Source: an uncultured Eubacteriales bacterium (lineage in GTDB: Bacteria > Bacillota > Clostridia > Acetivibrionales > CAVYEU01). From it: 64,000 bases of DNA. Position numbers and translations under genes: made by a program. The stretch lies in the NCBI GenBank assembly GCA_963767415.1, contig CAVYEU010000040.1:4615-68614 (forward strand). Direction: 5' to 3'. Positions 9,548-19,449 of this stretch are shown here, in pieces; the first letter of the stretch is position 1; the number at the start of each line of letters is the position of its first letter. The notes under the pieces are model-generated. The model was not told the DNA's origin and made no database searches. It saw only the letters and a list, made by a program, of their open reading frames with translations.

Positions 9548-10808
9548 CTATATGAAAAAAACATATAAATATATTGAACATACAATAATGGTTAAGATCA
9601 TCAATGGAAATGCTACTTTAAGATATTTATTAAAGTGTATTTTTTGTCCATTTTCTTCAGCCATTCCTACAGCGATAACATTTGCACTTGCTCCAATAAT
9701 AGTCCCGTTTCCACCTAAACATGCACCTAAAGACAATGCCCACCACAGAGGTGTAATATTCATTCCAGACATTTCTCCAAGGTTTTTTATAAGAGGTATC
9801 ATAGTTGCTACAAAAGGAATGTTATCAAGAAATGCTGATGCTATCGCAGATACCCATAAAATAGCCATTGTAGTCAACACTAAATCTCCATTTGTTAAAT
9901 TTAGAACATGTTTTGCAAGAACCTCAATTACGCCTGATGCTTTTAATCCACCAACTAAAATAAATAAACCTGCAAAAAAGAAAATAGTTTTCCATTCAAC
10001 CTCATGAAAAATTTTTTCTATTTTTAATCCTGATATAAATAATATCGAAACCGCACCCCATCATAGCTATAGTTGCTGATTCAAAATGAAAAATATCATG
10101 CAAAAAAAATCCTAATATAGTCAACCCTAAAATTGTTATACCTTTAGTCATAAGTTTCTTATCTTTTATTTTTTGTTTTTCATCCATTAATAATATTTTT
10201 TGTTTTGCTTCAATATTTACTACTAATTTATTTTTATAAATCATAGCAAGAATATATGTAGTAAGAAAAAGCAAAAAAACAGCAACAGGAGCAGTATTTT
10301 TAACAAAATCCATAAAATTAAAGCCAACCGAGCTACCAATCATAATATTAGGAGGGTCTCCTATCAATGTTGCTGTACCTCCAACATTTGATGCAAAAAT
10401 CTCCGAAATAATAAATGGTATAGGATTTTGATATAAATCTTTTGCAATATTGAGAGTAATGGGAAGTATAAGTAAAATAGTTGTAACATTATCTAATATT
10501 GATGAAAGTAGACCAGTTAAAATAGATAAAATCATAATAATACGTATAGGTTCACCTCTTGCAATTTTACAAGTTTTTATCGCAATATATTCAAAAACTC
10601 CTGATTTTGCTGTAATATTTACAATTATCATCATGCTTATTAAAAGCACAAGTGTATTATAATCAATTTCTGTAAACGCATTATGCTGAGTAATAACACC
10701 CGAAATTATCATTGATGTTGCTCCGGCTAGTGCTATAACTGTACGGTCAAATTTTTCTGAAATAATTATTATATATGTTAAAACAAAAATTATGATAGAA
10801 AATAACAT
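9548..10808 (-). pseudogene. ArsB/NhaD-superfamily (CitMHS-like) anion permease, frameshifted in a C4/G4 run at 10056-10059
   Basis: ORF 10002-10808 ends ...ATIAMMGCGFD. Shifting one base gives GAVSILFISGLKIEKIFHEVEWKTIFFFAGLFILVGGLKASGVIEVLAKHV...LTTMAILWVS, which joins ORF 9548-9880 seamlessly. Confidence 0.75.
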
Positions 10809-10847
10809 TTTTAACTCCTTTTAAATATAATTATTCGCATATAATAA

Positions 10848-10897
10848 ATTTTAAGAAGAGTTATTATTACATTAATCAAAGTAACTCTTCTTAAAAT
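10848..10897 (-). terminator. Hairpin after the 10948-11943 gene (16-bp stem)
   Basis: ATTTTAAGAAGAGTTA (10848-10863) pairs with TAACTCTTCTTAAAAT (10882-10897). Confidence 0.4.
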
Positions 10898-10947
10898 TTA
10901 TTATTAATAAAACATTTTCTGTTTTTGAAAAACATCTAATTTAAATA

Positions 10948-11943
10948 TTAATTATTTTTGTTTATTTGACGAACGCTTATTTTATCTAAAGACTGAGAAT
11001 CTTGGTTTGAATACCATATTTGTAGTATATCGCCAATTTTCAGATCACTTACTTGGAGATTTTGGAGTTCATTACCCGAGCTAGCCCTTGTTGTAGTTGA
11101 TATTGGTGTATTTTCCGGAATTGTTATAGTTTTAGTTTCCCCTGTATATTGAGGCTCTCTTTGTGTATCTTGCTGAGAACTTGATGATTGAGCATCTCTA
11201 GGGTGATATTTTTTTGGGCTGTTACTATCTGTTGGCGTAAATTGTGGAGTCGCAATTATATTTAATGAAATATCATTTCCATTTATTTCAGTTATTTCTC
11301 CAGTCAAATCACATCTTTTATAATTTTCTTGAGAACTTGATGATTGAGTATTTGTAGGTTGATTATTATTTTGATTATTGCTATTTGCATTTTGGGGATT
11401 ATTAATCATATCTCTCATATTTTCTATTAATGATGCATCATTTGTTGCATCAATTTCTCTATCTGCAGGGCTAAGTATAATAAGTCCATTATCATAAAAT
11501 GAATTCATTCCAAGAACATCAGCAATATACTTAACTGGTAAAAATGTGCGACCTTCTTCTATAATCGGGCTCACATCCATCTGTATTTGTTCACCATTTT
11601 TATATAATATATTACTGCCTATTGATAAAGTTATAACTGTATCTCCAGAATTAATAGTTACAGTTTGAGTTGATGCATTCCAATATGCTGTTGCACCAAA
11701 ACCTTCTGATATAAATTTAACTGGTACAAAAGTTCTGCCGTCATTAATAAATGGAACTACATTTTCATTAGTACTATCAATTTCCTCTGTTTCTCCAGAA
11801 ACAACTGCATTACTTTCTCCAATAATAAAACCGATCATTCCATTCATTGGATTATCAGTATTTTCATCTGCACTAGCAACTGTAACTAAAGATGATAATG
11901 CAAAAACAATTGTAAGAATACACATTCTAAAAATAAGTTTCAT
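10948..11943 (-). CDS. Secreted protein with two copper-amine-oxidase N-terminal (stalk) domains
   Basis: Signal peptide, then GRTFVPVKFISEGFGATAYWN and GRTFLPVKYIADVLGM repeats. Ser/Asn/Gln-rich linkers. Confidence 0.7.
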   Translation of the reverse strand: MKLIFRMCILTIVFALSSLVTVASADENTDNPMNGMIGFIIGESNAVVSGETEEIDSTNENVVPFINDGRTFVPVKFISEGFGATAYWNASTQTVTINSGDTVITLSIGSNILYKNGEQIQMDVSPIIEEGRTFLPVKYIADVLGMNSFYDNGLIILSPADREIDATNDASLIENMRDMINNPQNANSNNQNNNQPTNTQSSSSQENYKRCDLTGEITEINGNDISLNIIATPQFTPTDSNSPKKYHPRDAQSSSSQQDTQREPQYTGETKTITIPENTPISTTTRASSGNELQNLQVSDLKIGDILQIWYSNQDSQSLDKISVRQINKNN

Positions 11944-12144
11944 AAAAATCCCTCCTCGTTTTGTTTTATTACTTATATTTATGATTATCGGCTTTTAGTG
12001 TAGAATTTATTAACTTTATATTTACAATATTTACATAAGTAAATATAATGGTTATGTAAAATTTATTTAAACTAAAGAAAAAAATATAAAATCAATAGAT
12101 ATAATTACCCTTATTTTATAAAATATAGATAGGACGTATTCATT

Positions 12145-12744
12145 ATGAAGCTATATGAGACTATCGAACACATCTTAGACCCTAACAATGGAGAAAACAA
12201 TACTAAAACTAGTATTGAATGGCTGCAAGTATTAGCTGCATGCATTGCTATAACTACAATGGTTGTTTCGTCTTTTGGTCTATTATCACTATTCTCGATT
12301 GCCGGGATTGCTGTATCGGGTTTACTGGTAAGCAAGATGCTTATAGATAATCGAAAAAATATATATAATGGAATTGTCAGTTTTTTTAATTATATTAAAA
12401 GCTTTAAAAATGTTGAGGTATCAAAAACTTTAAAACGTATATTTAGTATAGATAGAGTATTAGAAAATGCAATATTAAAGGAGCCTTTTGATACAGTAAC
12501 ATTAGAAAAATGTTTAACTGGTAAGTATTGGAACTTAAGAAAGCCTCGGGGATATAGAAAAATAGATTTAAATGAAGAGTTTGTATTTGAAGATAAAAAG
12601 ATGACTCTTTTGCACTTTGTTGGAGCAGCAGCAGGTGCAGGTAATCCTAATATAGATAGTATTTGTAATTCTCAACGTGAACAAGTTGTACTAGGTTTAG
12701 TTACAGGAGTGGCTACAGAGACATCAAGATTGGTAAGAATATGA
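12145..12744 (+). CDS. Hypothetical membrane protein
   Basis: 199 aa with two N-terminal TM helices and no recognised motif. Confidence 0.35.
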   Translation: MKLYETIEHILDPNNGENNTKTSIEWLQVLAACIAITTMVVSSFGLLSLFSIAGIAVSGLLVSKMLIDNRKNIYNGIVSFFNYIKSFKNVEVSKTLKRIFSIDRVLENAILKEPFDTVTLEKCLTGKYWNLRKPRGYRKIDLNEEFVFEDKKMTLLHFVGAAAGAGNPNIDSICNSQREQVVLGLVTGVATETSRLVRI

Positions 12745-12817
12745 TATAAAATTTCAGGCTGCAATTTAAAACATATATTGAAGCTGAATTCTATTGAATT
12801 TTGCTTGGAGGTTCTTA

Positions 12818-13441
12818 ATGAATAAAGGATTTTTTATTACTTTAGAGGGTGTTGATGGTTGCGGAAAGACAACACAAGCAAAACTTTTACAAGATTATTT
12901 TAAAAGTAAGAATATAGAAGTGCTAGTTCTTAGAGAACCAGGAGGTACTGCTATTGGTGAAAAAATTCGTACTATTATCTTAGACGTAAAAAATGCCGAA
13001 ATGTCTAATATAACAGAAATGTTGTTGTACGCTTCTGCAAGAGCACAGCTGGTATCTGAAGTTATTAAACCAGCACTACTTGCAGGTAAGATAGTAATTT
13101 GTGACAGATTTATTGACTCTAGCTTTGTTTATCAAGGTTTCGCTAGAGGAATTGATTTGGATATAGTATATAAGGTAAACAACATTGTACTAAATGAAAC
13201 TATACCGGACATTACCTTATTTCTTGACATCAGTCCAGAAATAACATTAAAAAGAAGAAGATTCCAAAATACTTCAGATAGAATCGAAAAGGAGAATATC
13301 GAATTTCATTTGATGGTGTATAGTGGCTACAAAAAAATTGCATCGATGTACCCTGATAGAATTAAAACAATTAATTGTAATGACTCCATAGAATCAATCT
13401 TTAATAATATCAGGAAACATTTGCAAAATATATTAAATTAA
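12818..13441 (+). CDS. tmk: Thymidylate kinase
   Basis: P-loop FITLEGVDGCGKTTQ and a DRF motif (CDRFIDSSFVYQG). ATG at 12818 follows GGAGG. Confidence 0.9.
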   Translation: MNKGFFITLEGVDGCGKTTQAKLLQDYFKSKNIEVLVLREPGGTAIGEKIRTIILDVKNAEMSNITEMLLYASARAQLVSEVIKPALLAGKIVICDRFIDSSFVYQGFARGIDLDIVYKVNNIVLNETIPDITLFLDISPEITLKRRRFQNTSDRIEKENIEFHLMVYSGYKKIASMYPDRIKTINCNDSIESIFNNIRKHLQNILN

Positions 13442-13454
13442 GTAGGTGATTTAA

Positions 13455-13907
13455 ATGAGAATTAAAGAAAGCTCTGGGACTAAAACAACGGAAACTAAAG
13501 TTTCTGCTAAAGAAGATAAGAAAGTAACACCCAATGGTGACGATAGTTTTCAAGTAAAGATTCAACGTGTAAGTGATAAAAATATAGATGAGCGAATCAA
13601 TTTGCTTATAAATCAAATAATTGAGCAGGGTGAAAAATTAGGTAAAAAGATAGATATAAGAGAACTTAAGATTTATAAAAAGCTAATTAACGAATTTTTA
13701 AATCATACAATAAACAATTCACATAAATTTTCTAAAGAAAGCTTTGTAGACCGAAGAGGTCGATACAAGGTTTATACTACAGTAAAGAAGGTAAACACTG
13801 TACTGGATGACCTTACCAACGAAATACTAAAATCAGAAAAGGATCACCTTGCAATTCTTCAAAAGATTGAAGATATACGAGGTATTTTACTTGATTTAGT
13901 TGTGTAA
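13455..13907 (+). CDS. YaaR/DUF327-family protein
   Basis: 150 aa. Lies between tmk and holB as in Bacillus. The FVDRRGRYKVY segment is typical of the family. Confidence 0.65.
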   Translation: MRIKESSGTKTTETKVSAKEDKKVTPNGDDSFQVKIQRVSDKNIDERINLLINQIIEQGEKLGKKIDIRELKIYKKLINEFLNHTINNSHKFSKESFVDRRGRYKVYTTVKKVNTVLDDLTNEILKSEKDHLAILQKIEDIRGILLDLVV

Positions 13908-13940
13908 AATAAATTTAAAAGATTTTTAAGGAGACTAGTT

Positions 13941-14951
13941 GTGAATTTTGATAGTATTTTAGGTCAGAAAAATATTGTGGCAAGTTTAAAAATGCATATC
14001 AAAAATGAAAAAGTTGGGCATGCTTATTTATTTGTTGGTCCTTCTGGGATTGGCAAAAAGACACTCGCAAGTATTTTTTCTTCTATACTGCTTTGCCAAT
14101 ATCCTTCCGAAGAAGGCTCGTGTGAAAAATGCTTACCTTGTAAATTAACTGCAAATAAAACCAATCCAGATATTCTATTATTAAGACCTAGCGGAACAAA
14201 TATCGGTATAGAAGATATTAGAGGTATTCAAAAAGATATTTTTATACGACCGGTTTATTCAACTAGAAAAATTTATATTATAATTGATGCAAATAAAATG
14301 ACTATTCAGGCTCAAAACTGCTTACTAAAAATGCTGGAAGAACCCCCGAGATTTACTTGTTTTATCCTCACTGCTTCAAAATACGACTCTATATTAGAAA
14401 CAATTCAATCGAGAACAGTAAAATACAGTTTTTGTAGGAATTCATCTGATGAAGTGAAGTATTTCTTTAAAAATCGCAAAAATAGCCCTATTAATGAGCT
14501 GGATTTTATTGCACAATACGCAAATGGCATTATAGGTACAGCCATAGAGCTAATAGATTCCGATGACTTTATTAACATAAGAAAAAAAACTATCGATCTT
14601 CTTCATGAAATGTTAAGCCACCAATCAAATAGCCTAAAGATTGAGCATAAACTGTATGATCATTTTGAATCCAATAAAGACATTTTTGATCGCCTACTTG
14701 ATATTCTTGTATTGTTTTATAGAGATTTACTGATTTACAAAAAATGCAAAGATCAATTTATATTGATTAATTCAGATAAAAAAGATATTATTAAAAATGT
14801 TGTGAAAGACTTTAATATTTCTTTAATGCTAAGAAGTATCGAAATAATTGAATTTACTAGAAATAGTATAAAACGAAATGTTAATTTTCAACTTGCAATA
14901 GAGATTTTGATTACAAAACTTCAGGAGGAAAAAAGCAGATGGCAAGAGTAG
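13941..14951 (+). CDS. holB: DNA polymerase III delta-prime subunit
   Basis: HAYLFVGPSGIGKKT Walker-A-like motif, a Zn-module-like CEKCLPC, LLKMLEEPP and SRT (QSRTV). Confidence 0.85.
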   Translation: MNFDSILGQKNIVASLKMHIKNEKVGHAYLFVGPSGIGKKTLASIFSSILLCQYPSEEGSCEKCLPCKLTANKTNPDILLLRPSGTNIGIEDIRGIQKDIFIRPVYSTRKIYIIIDANKMTIQAQNCLLKMLEEPPRFTCFILTASKYDSILETIQSRTVKYSFCRNSSDEVKYFFKNRKNSPINELDFIAQYANGIIGTAIELIDSDDFINIRKKTIDLLHEMLSHQSNSLKIEHKLYDHFESNKDIFDRLLDILVLFYRDLLIYKKCKDQFILINSDKKDIIKNVVKDFNISLMLRSIEIIEFTRNSIKRNVNFQLAIEILITKLQEEKSRWQE

Positions 14952-15820
14952 CAGGAGTCAGATTTAAATCTGCTGGTAAAATATATTTTTTTGATCCATC
15001 AGACTTAGACATAGAAAAAGGTTCTAATGTAATTGTTGAGACCGCAAGAGGTCTTGAATTTGGGATAGTTTTAATCCCTGTTAGAGATGTATGCGAGAAC
15101 CAAATAGTAACACCTCTAAAAAAAGTTTTGAGAATCGCTACAGAAGAAGATGTTCTTCATGCAAAAGAAAATACTGAAAAAGAAAAGTCGGCGTTTGATA
15201 TATGTTTAAAGAAGATTTCAGAGCATGCCCTAGGAATGAAACTAATTGATGTCGAATATACATTTGATAATAATAAAATATTGTTTTATTTTACAGCTGA
15301 TGGGAGAGTTGACTTTAGAAATCTGGTCAAAGATTTAGCTGCAATTTTTAAAACCAGGATAGAACTCAGACAAATCGGGGTTAGGGACGAATCAAAGGTA
15401 TTGGGAGGTATTGGTATCTGTGGAAGGGTTTTATGTTGTCATTCATACTTAGGTGATTTTCAACCTGTTTCAATAAAGATGGCTAAAGAACAAGGTCTGT
15501 CACTAAATCCTACCAAGATATCTGGCAATTGTGGAAGGCTTATGTGTTGTTTGAAATATGAGCAAGAAGCGTATGAAGATCTAATAAAGAGGGTCCCAAG
15601 ATTTGGAGCTATTGTTCAAACTCCTGATGGGCAAGGCGTTGTTGTTGATACCAGTATTTTAAAAGAAAAAGTCAAAGTTAAGCTTGATATGGGTAATGAA
15701 TCGGATATACGTATATATGGAGCGGCGGATCTTAAAATAATAAAAGATGTAGAATTAGAAGATAGATTGGAAGCACATGAAACTGAAAATTTAAACAACC
15801 TAAAAAAATTGGAAGATTAA
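14939..15820 (+). CDS. yaaT: PSP1-domain protein (stage 0 sporulation protein YaaT/RicT)
   Basis: GICGRVLCCHSYLGDFQPVSIKMAKEQ...NCGRLMCCLKYE, the Cys-rich PSP1 signature. Confidence 0.85.
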   Translation: MARVAGVRFKSAGKIYFFDPSDLDIEKGSNVIVETARGLEFGIVLIPVRDVCENQIVTPLKKVLRIATEEDVLHAKENTEKEKSAFDICLKKISEHALGMKLIDVEYTFDNNKILFYFTADGRVDFRNLVKDLAAIFKTRIELRQIGVRDESKVLGGIGICGRVLCCHSYLGDFQPVSIKMAKEQGLSLNPTKISGNCGRLMCCLKYEQEAYEDLIKRVPRFGAIVQTPDGQGVVVDTSILKEKVKVKLDMGNESDIRIYGAADLKIIKDVELEDRLEAHETENLNNLKKLED

Positions 15821-15861
15821 AGATAATAAAAATATCTTATTTGGTTGTTGAGGAAAAGCTT

Positions 15862-15919
15862 ATATACTGCACGCTTCGGTTTCAAAATAACATTTTTGAA
15901 ACCGAAGCGTGCAGTATAT
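15862..15919 (+). terminator. 26-bp perfect hairpin downstream of yaaT
   Basis: ATATACTGCACGCTTCGGTTTCAAAA (15862-15887) is the perfect complement of 15894-19919-side arm TTTTGAAACCGAAGCGTGCAGTATAT (15894-15919), with a 6-nt loop. The stem is far longer than a typical terminator. Confidence 0.45.
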
Positions 15920-15954
15920 CCTGAACTTTCTATAAGCCCTTTATATAAATCTTT

Positions 15955-16203
15955 CTATGATTTTTTACAGATATATAAATCACCAAACAATTTATTGAAT
16001 TTACCCTTATTATTTATATCATAATAATTTTCTAATATTGAAAGGAAAAGGCTCTTGCCAAAACGTCTTGGACGTATGAAAAACTGAAACGGAGGTAATT
16101 TTTCAAGTATCTCAATGTATTTTGTTTTATCTATATATATATAATTTTCAGTCTTTATACTTTCAAAATTTGATACACCATACGGTATTCTTATATTTTC
16201 CAT
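15955..16203 (-). pseudogene. N-terminal about 80 codons of an AAA-ATPase-like/PD-(D/E)XK (DUF1703-type) gene, truncated
   Basis: IPYGVSNFESIKTENYIYIDKTKYI...FIRPRRFGKSLFLSILENYY matches the N-terminal signature of proteins that are normally about 500 aa. The ORF stops after 82 aa. Confidence 0.6.
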
Positions 16204-16428
16204 ATATTCTTTTCACTCCTTAACATCTATTGCACAAGCTTTATCTATATATTATCTGAATATTTTTTATATTTCAAACAATTTATACTTTGGTCAATTG
16301 TAAAAGTAACGTCCACTTTGCAAAAGTTATCTCCACCCTAAACTGATTAATGATCAATCATTATCTATTTTGGTTAATGTATATTGCGGAAAATAAATAC
16401 TAACATATCATGTAGAGACCGTATGCTG

Positions 16429-16463
16429 AGAGAATTAGACCTTGTAAGCCTAATTCTCTTTTT
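16429..16463 (+). terminator. Orphan rho-independent-like terminator with no upstream ORF
   Basis: AGAGAATTAG (16429-16438) pairs with CTAATTCTCT (16450-16459) and is followed by TTTT. Confidence 0.35.
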
Positions 16464-16514
16464 AAATCAGTTAATAATGTTTTATAAATTTCTGATTATT
16501 TCTCACGTTAGGTT

Positions 16515-16584
16515 GTATAGCATTAAAATAAATATTTGAAAATAAAAAATTTTTTATTTTCAAATATTTATTTTAATGCTATAC
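16515..16584. repeat. Perfect 70-bp spacer-less palindrome (35-nt arms)
   Basis: GTATAGCATTAAAATAAATATTTGAAAATAAAAAA is followed directly by its exact reverse complement. Checked base by base. Confidence 0.9.
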
Positions 16585-16604
16585 TAACAACGAATAAACG
16601 AGTT

Positions 16605-16645
16605 ATACTTGCTTAAGGTAATAATTTTTTTAATGAGGCAAGTAT
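16605..16645 (-). repeat. Dispersed repeat copy 2 (inverted relative to 5630-5669)
   Basis: The reverse complement reads ATACTTGCCTCATTAAAAAAATTATTACCTTAAGCAAGTAT. The first 26 nt are identical to copy 1. Confidence 0.85.
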
Positions 16646-16686
16646 AAAACTTAAAAAAGCAATATTAGACTAAGGAGGTGTTATAA

Positions 16687-16857
16687 ATGGCTTTCTTTAT
16701 TACAGATGTATGTATTAGTTGCGGAGCTTGCGAATCTGAGTGTCCTGTAAATTGTATATCGCCAGGTGATAATTCATATGTGATAGATGCAGATGTATGC
16801 ATCGAATGTGGCGCTTGTGCTAATGTATGTCCAGTGGATGCTCCTAAACAGAAATAA
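16687..16857 (+). CDS. fdx: Clostridial-type 2x[4Fe-4S] ferredoxin (56 aa; below the ORF-track size cutoff)
   Basis: MAFFITDVCISCGACESECPVNCISPGDNSYVIDADVCIECGACANVCPVDAPKQK has two CxxCxxCxxxCP motifs. A strong AAGGAGG lies 8 nt upstream. Confidence 0.85.
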   Translation: MAFFITDVCISCGACESECPVNCISPGDNSYVIDADVCIECGACANVCPVDAPKQK

Positions 16858-16930
16858 AATATAGTAATAAATAGAATATATAATCTAAGCCTTAATTATT
16901 TAAAGTTTAGATTATATATTTTTATTTATT

Positions 16931-17647
16931 ATGAAAGGGTTAAGAATGGTTTTTGAAAAAGAATTATTAGATGATGAAACAATAGATGATCTCCAATATA
17001 AAGGATTAATAATTATCCAAAAAAAGAATAGTTTTCGCTTTGGGATTGATGCTGTTCTTTTATCTGATTTCGTAGAAACTACTGATAACCAAAAAAGCAT
17101 TATAGATTTAGGTACTGGTAATGGTATAATACCTATTCTTTTAAGTGGTAAGACGAAAATAAAGAACATCGTAGGTCTTGAGATCCAAGAAGATATTGCA
17201 AGTCTAGCAAAAAGAAACGTAGAGTTAAATAATTTGACAGATAGAATAAAGATCATTTGTGGTGACATTAAATGCTTACCAGAAGAACTTAAGAAAAAAA
17301 CATTTGATATTGTTGTTACTAATCCTCCTTATATTAAGACTGGATGTGGGTTATTAAACAATTTAGATAATAAAACTATTTCTCGACATGAAGTTATGTG
17401 TACACTAGATGATATAGTTAGAACGGCTTCAAAGCTGCTGTCATTCGGTGGTCAATTTATTATGATTCATAGGCCAAATAGATTAGTTGATATTTTAATT
17501 ACAATGAGATCGTATAAAATAGAACCCAAATATATAAAGTTTGTACATCCTAAACCTAATAAAAGTCCAAATCTTCTATTAATACGTGGCTTAAAAGGAG
17601 GGAATCCAGAACTTAAAATTCTAGATTCCATTTATATGACTTTGTAA
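16931..17647 (+). CDS. SAM-dependent methyltransferase, tRNA (adenine-N6)-methyltransferase TrmN6/YabB-like
   Basis: DLGTGNGIIPILL (SAM motif I) and the VVTNPPY catalytic motif. Confidence 0.75.
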   Translation: MKGLRMVFEKELLDDETIDDLQYKGLIIIQKKNSFRFGIDAVLLSDFVETTDNQKSIIDLGTGNGIIPILLSGKTKIKNIVGLEIQEDIASLAKRNVELNNLTDRIKIICGDIKCLPEELKKKTFDIVVTNPPYIKTGCGLLNNLDNKTISRHEVMCTLDDIVRTASKLLSFGGQFIMIHRPNRLVDILITMRSYKIEPKYIKFVHPKPNKSPNLLLIRGLKGGNPELKILDSIYMTL

Positions 17648-17676
17648 AATAATCTATACAGTATATTAGCTTAGCT

Positions 17677-19284
17677 TTAGTTGCTATACTCTATGTTATC
17701 TATATTCAATTTAGGTATCAAAACTGGATGTTTTATAGCACCTCTTAATTGCTGTGAAAAATCATTCTCCATATCATTTATCTTGCAGATTTCTTCTATT
17801 GTTGTGTTATATTTTTTTGCTATAGACCATAAATTATCATCACTGTTTGGGAAATAAATTGCAATACTTGGCAAATATCTTCTTTTATCTAGGTCACCTA
17901 GTGCATTTTCATATGCTTTAACTACAAAATTGCCTAGGCTATTCCTATTCATTCTTAGGCTTATAGTCAATTCAGTTCTTAGCTCAAGTTCATTTGCTAA
18001 ATCTAATTTGAACTCAGTATTGTCAACTATAACTGATGCTTCATACTCTTCATCTTTATTCGAATGGTAATTATCAATTTGATGTTTAAAAGGTATCTCA
18101 TCTTTTATAACCTCAATCATCTGCATATGCTCATTTGTGTTAAGCAGCACTGTATAATTTATTATCCCTTCAACTGAAATGCTGTTTTCCCAAGCCCTCA
18201 CATCATAAACTGTAGGGCGAGCAAATACTTTTAATACATCTTTAACATTATTATTTAGTGTTAGTGGTATGGTATTCCTAATTAAAGATTTGCTTTTGAC
18301 TTCATCTATAGAATTAGGAAACCTTATGCTTTCGTCTTCAATTATTAAATTCGAGTTAAGGCTATATGCATCTTCAATATAATCTATTTTTTTATTAGAT
18401 AGACCCTCAATATTTAGATTTATTTCTGCCTCCATATTTATATTTCTATATTCTCCATCTGAATCTTCTGCTTCATTAATTGATTTATCCATGATTTTGC
18501 ACTCAATATTAAATTCAATATCTTCTTCGATATTATTAAAATCAACCACTTCATTAAAAGGGATATTAAAATTCACACTTTCTATACTTTTTTCTTGATT
18601 ATCTCCAATATATAATAAATTAATATTTATTGAGCCCTTAACAGTTACTTCATTTTTTTCAATCATGTATTCATTCACAGAAGTCTTTAAATCAGTTCTC
18701 AATATTTCTCCAATAGAGGGTTTATCCTGTGGGATTTCTAGTAATTCATTTATTTTAAAGCTTGAATTATTTTTCCCTAAATAACAGACCATGTCTACAC
18801 TGTTTGTTAATATTTGCAGATTATCAATGCCTCTAATATCTTTTAAAATTTCTTTTTCAATCGTGTCTGATATAGTTCCTTGAAAATTTACAATTATTTT
18901 GACAATATATTTGCGCTCATTTATCAATTCAAAATTTATTTGATCAATATCGCAATTAACGTTACACTGCATACCAGTATTTATATCTTTTATCTGATCT
19001 GTCATATAAGAAAACTCATGTCTTGTAGATATACTTCTAATATTATCTCCTTCATCAATATTCGAGCTGTAAATCGTATTATATAGAATACATCCCTTAA
19101 GATGTACCTTCTCATTTAGAACCTCAATATGATTTACAATCACCTCTCCGTCTACAAATAATATTTTTGAAACATCTGTTTTACTATCGGGAACTATTAT
19201 TCCACTTTCAATTTCTGTCTGCGCTAAAAACTTATTTATAATATTATTAATACTAACAGATTCATGAACTAATTCTAAAGACAT
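17677..19284 (-). CDS. DUF3794 repeats plus C-terminal LysM protein (SipL-like spore coat morphogenesis factor)
   Basis: 535 aa with C-terminal LysM (YFPNSDDNLWSIAKKYNTTIEEICKINDM). Architecture resembles clostridial SipL. The yyaC neighbour is also a sporulation gene. Confidence 0.55.
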   Translation of the reverse strand: MSLELVHESVSINNIINKFLAQTEIESGIIVPDSKTDVSKILFVDGEVIVNHIEVLNEKVHLKGCILYNTIYSSNIDEGDNIRSISTRHEFSYMTDQIKDINTGMQCNVNCDIDQINFELINERKYIVKIIVNFQGTISDTIEKEILKDIRGIDNLQILTNSVDMVCYLGKNNSSFKINELLEIPQDKPSIGEILRTDLKTSVNEYMIEKNEVTVKGSININLLYIGDNQEKSIESVNFNIPFNEVVDFNNIEEDIEFNIECKIMDKSINEAEDSDGEYRNINMEAEINLNIEGLSNKKIDYIEDAYSLNSNLIIEDESIRFPNSIDEVKSKSLIRNTIPLTLNNNVKDVLKVFARPTVYDVRAWENSISVEGIINYTVLLNTNEHMQMIEVIKDEIPFKHQIDNYHSNKDEEYEASVIVDNTEFKLDLANELELRTELTISLRMNRNSLGNFVVKAYENALGDLDKRRYLPSIAIYFPNSDDNLWSIAKKYNTTIEEICKINDMENDFSQQLRGAIKHPVLIPKLNIDNIEYSN

Positions 19285-19449
19285 TGATGAACACCCTTTC
19301 TATTATTATCATTTTCCAGTTTCTGGTTAGTCCTACAATATTATACGGATCAAGTTTGATAAATATTCCTTATAAATAATAAATATCTGTAATAATATTC
19401 CTATGAATAGAAATAATAATATTATTATTTATTTTTATAAACTTAGGAG

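Noticed and set aside
9528-10007. 159-aa plus-strand ORF
   Set aside because: It lies antisense to the clearly homologous permease gene. Its translation is low-complexity with no RBS.
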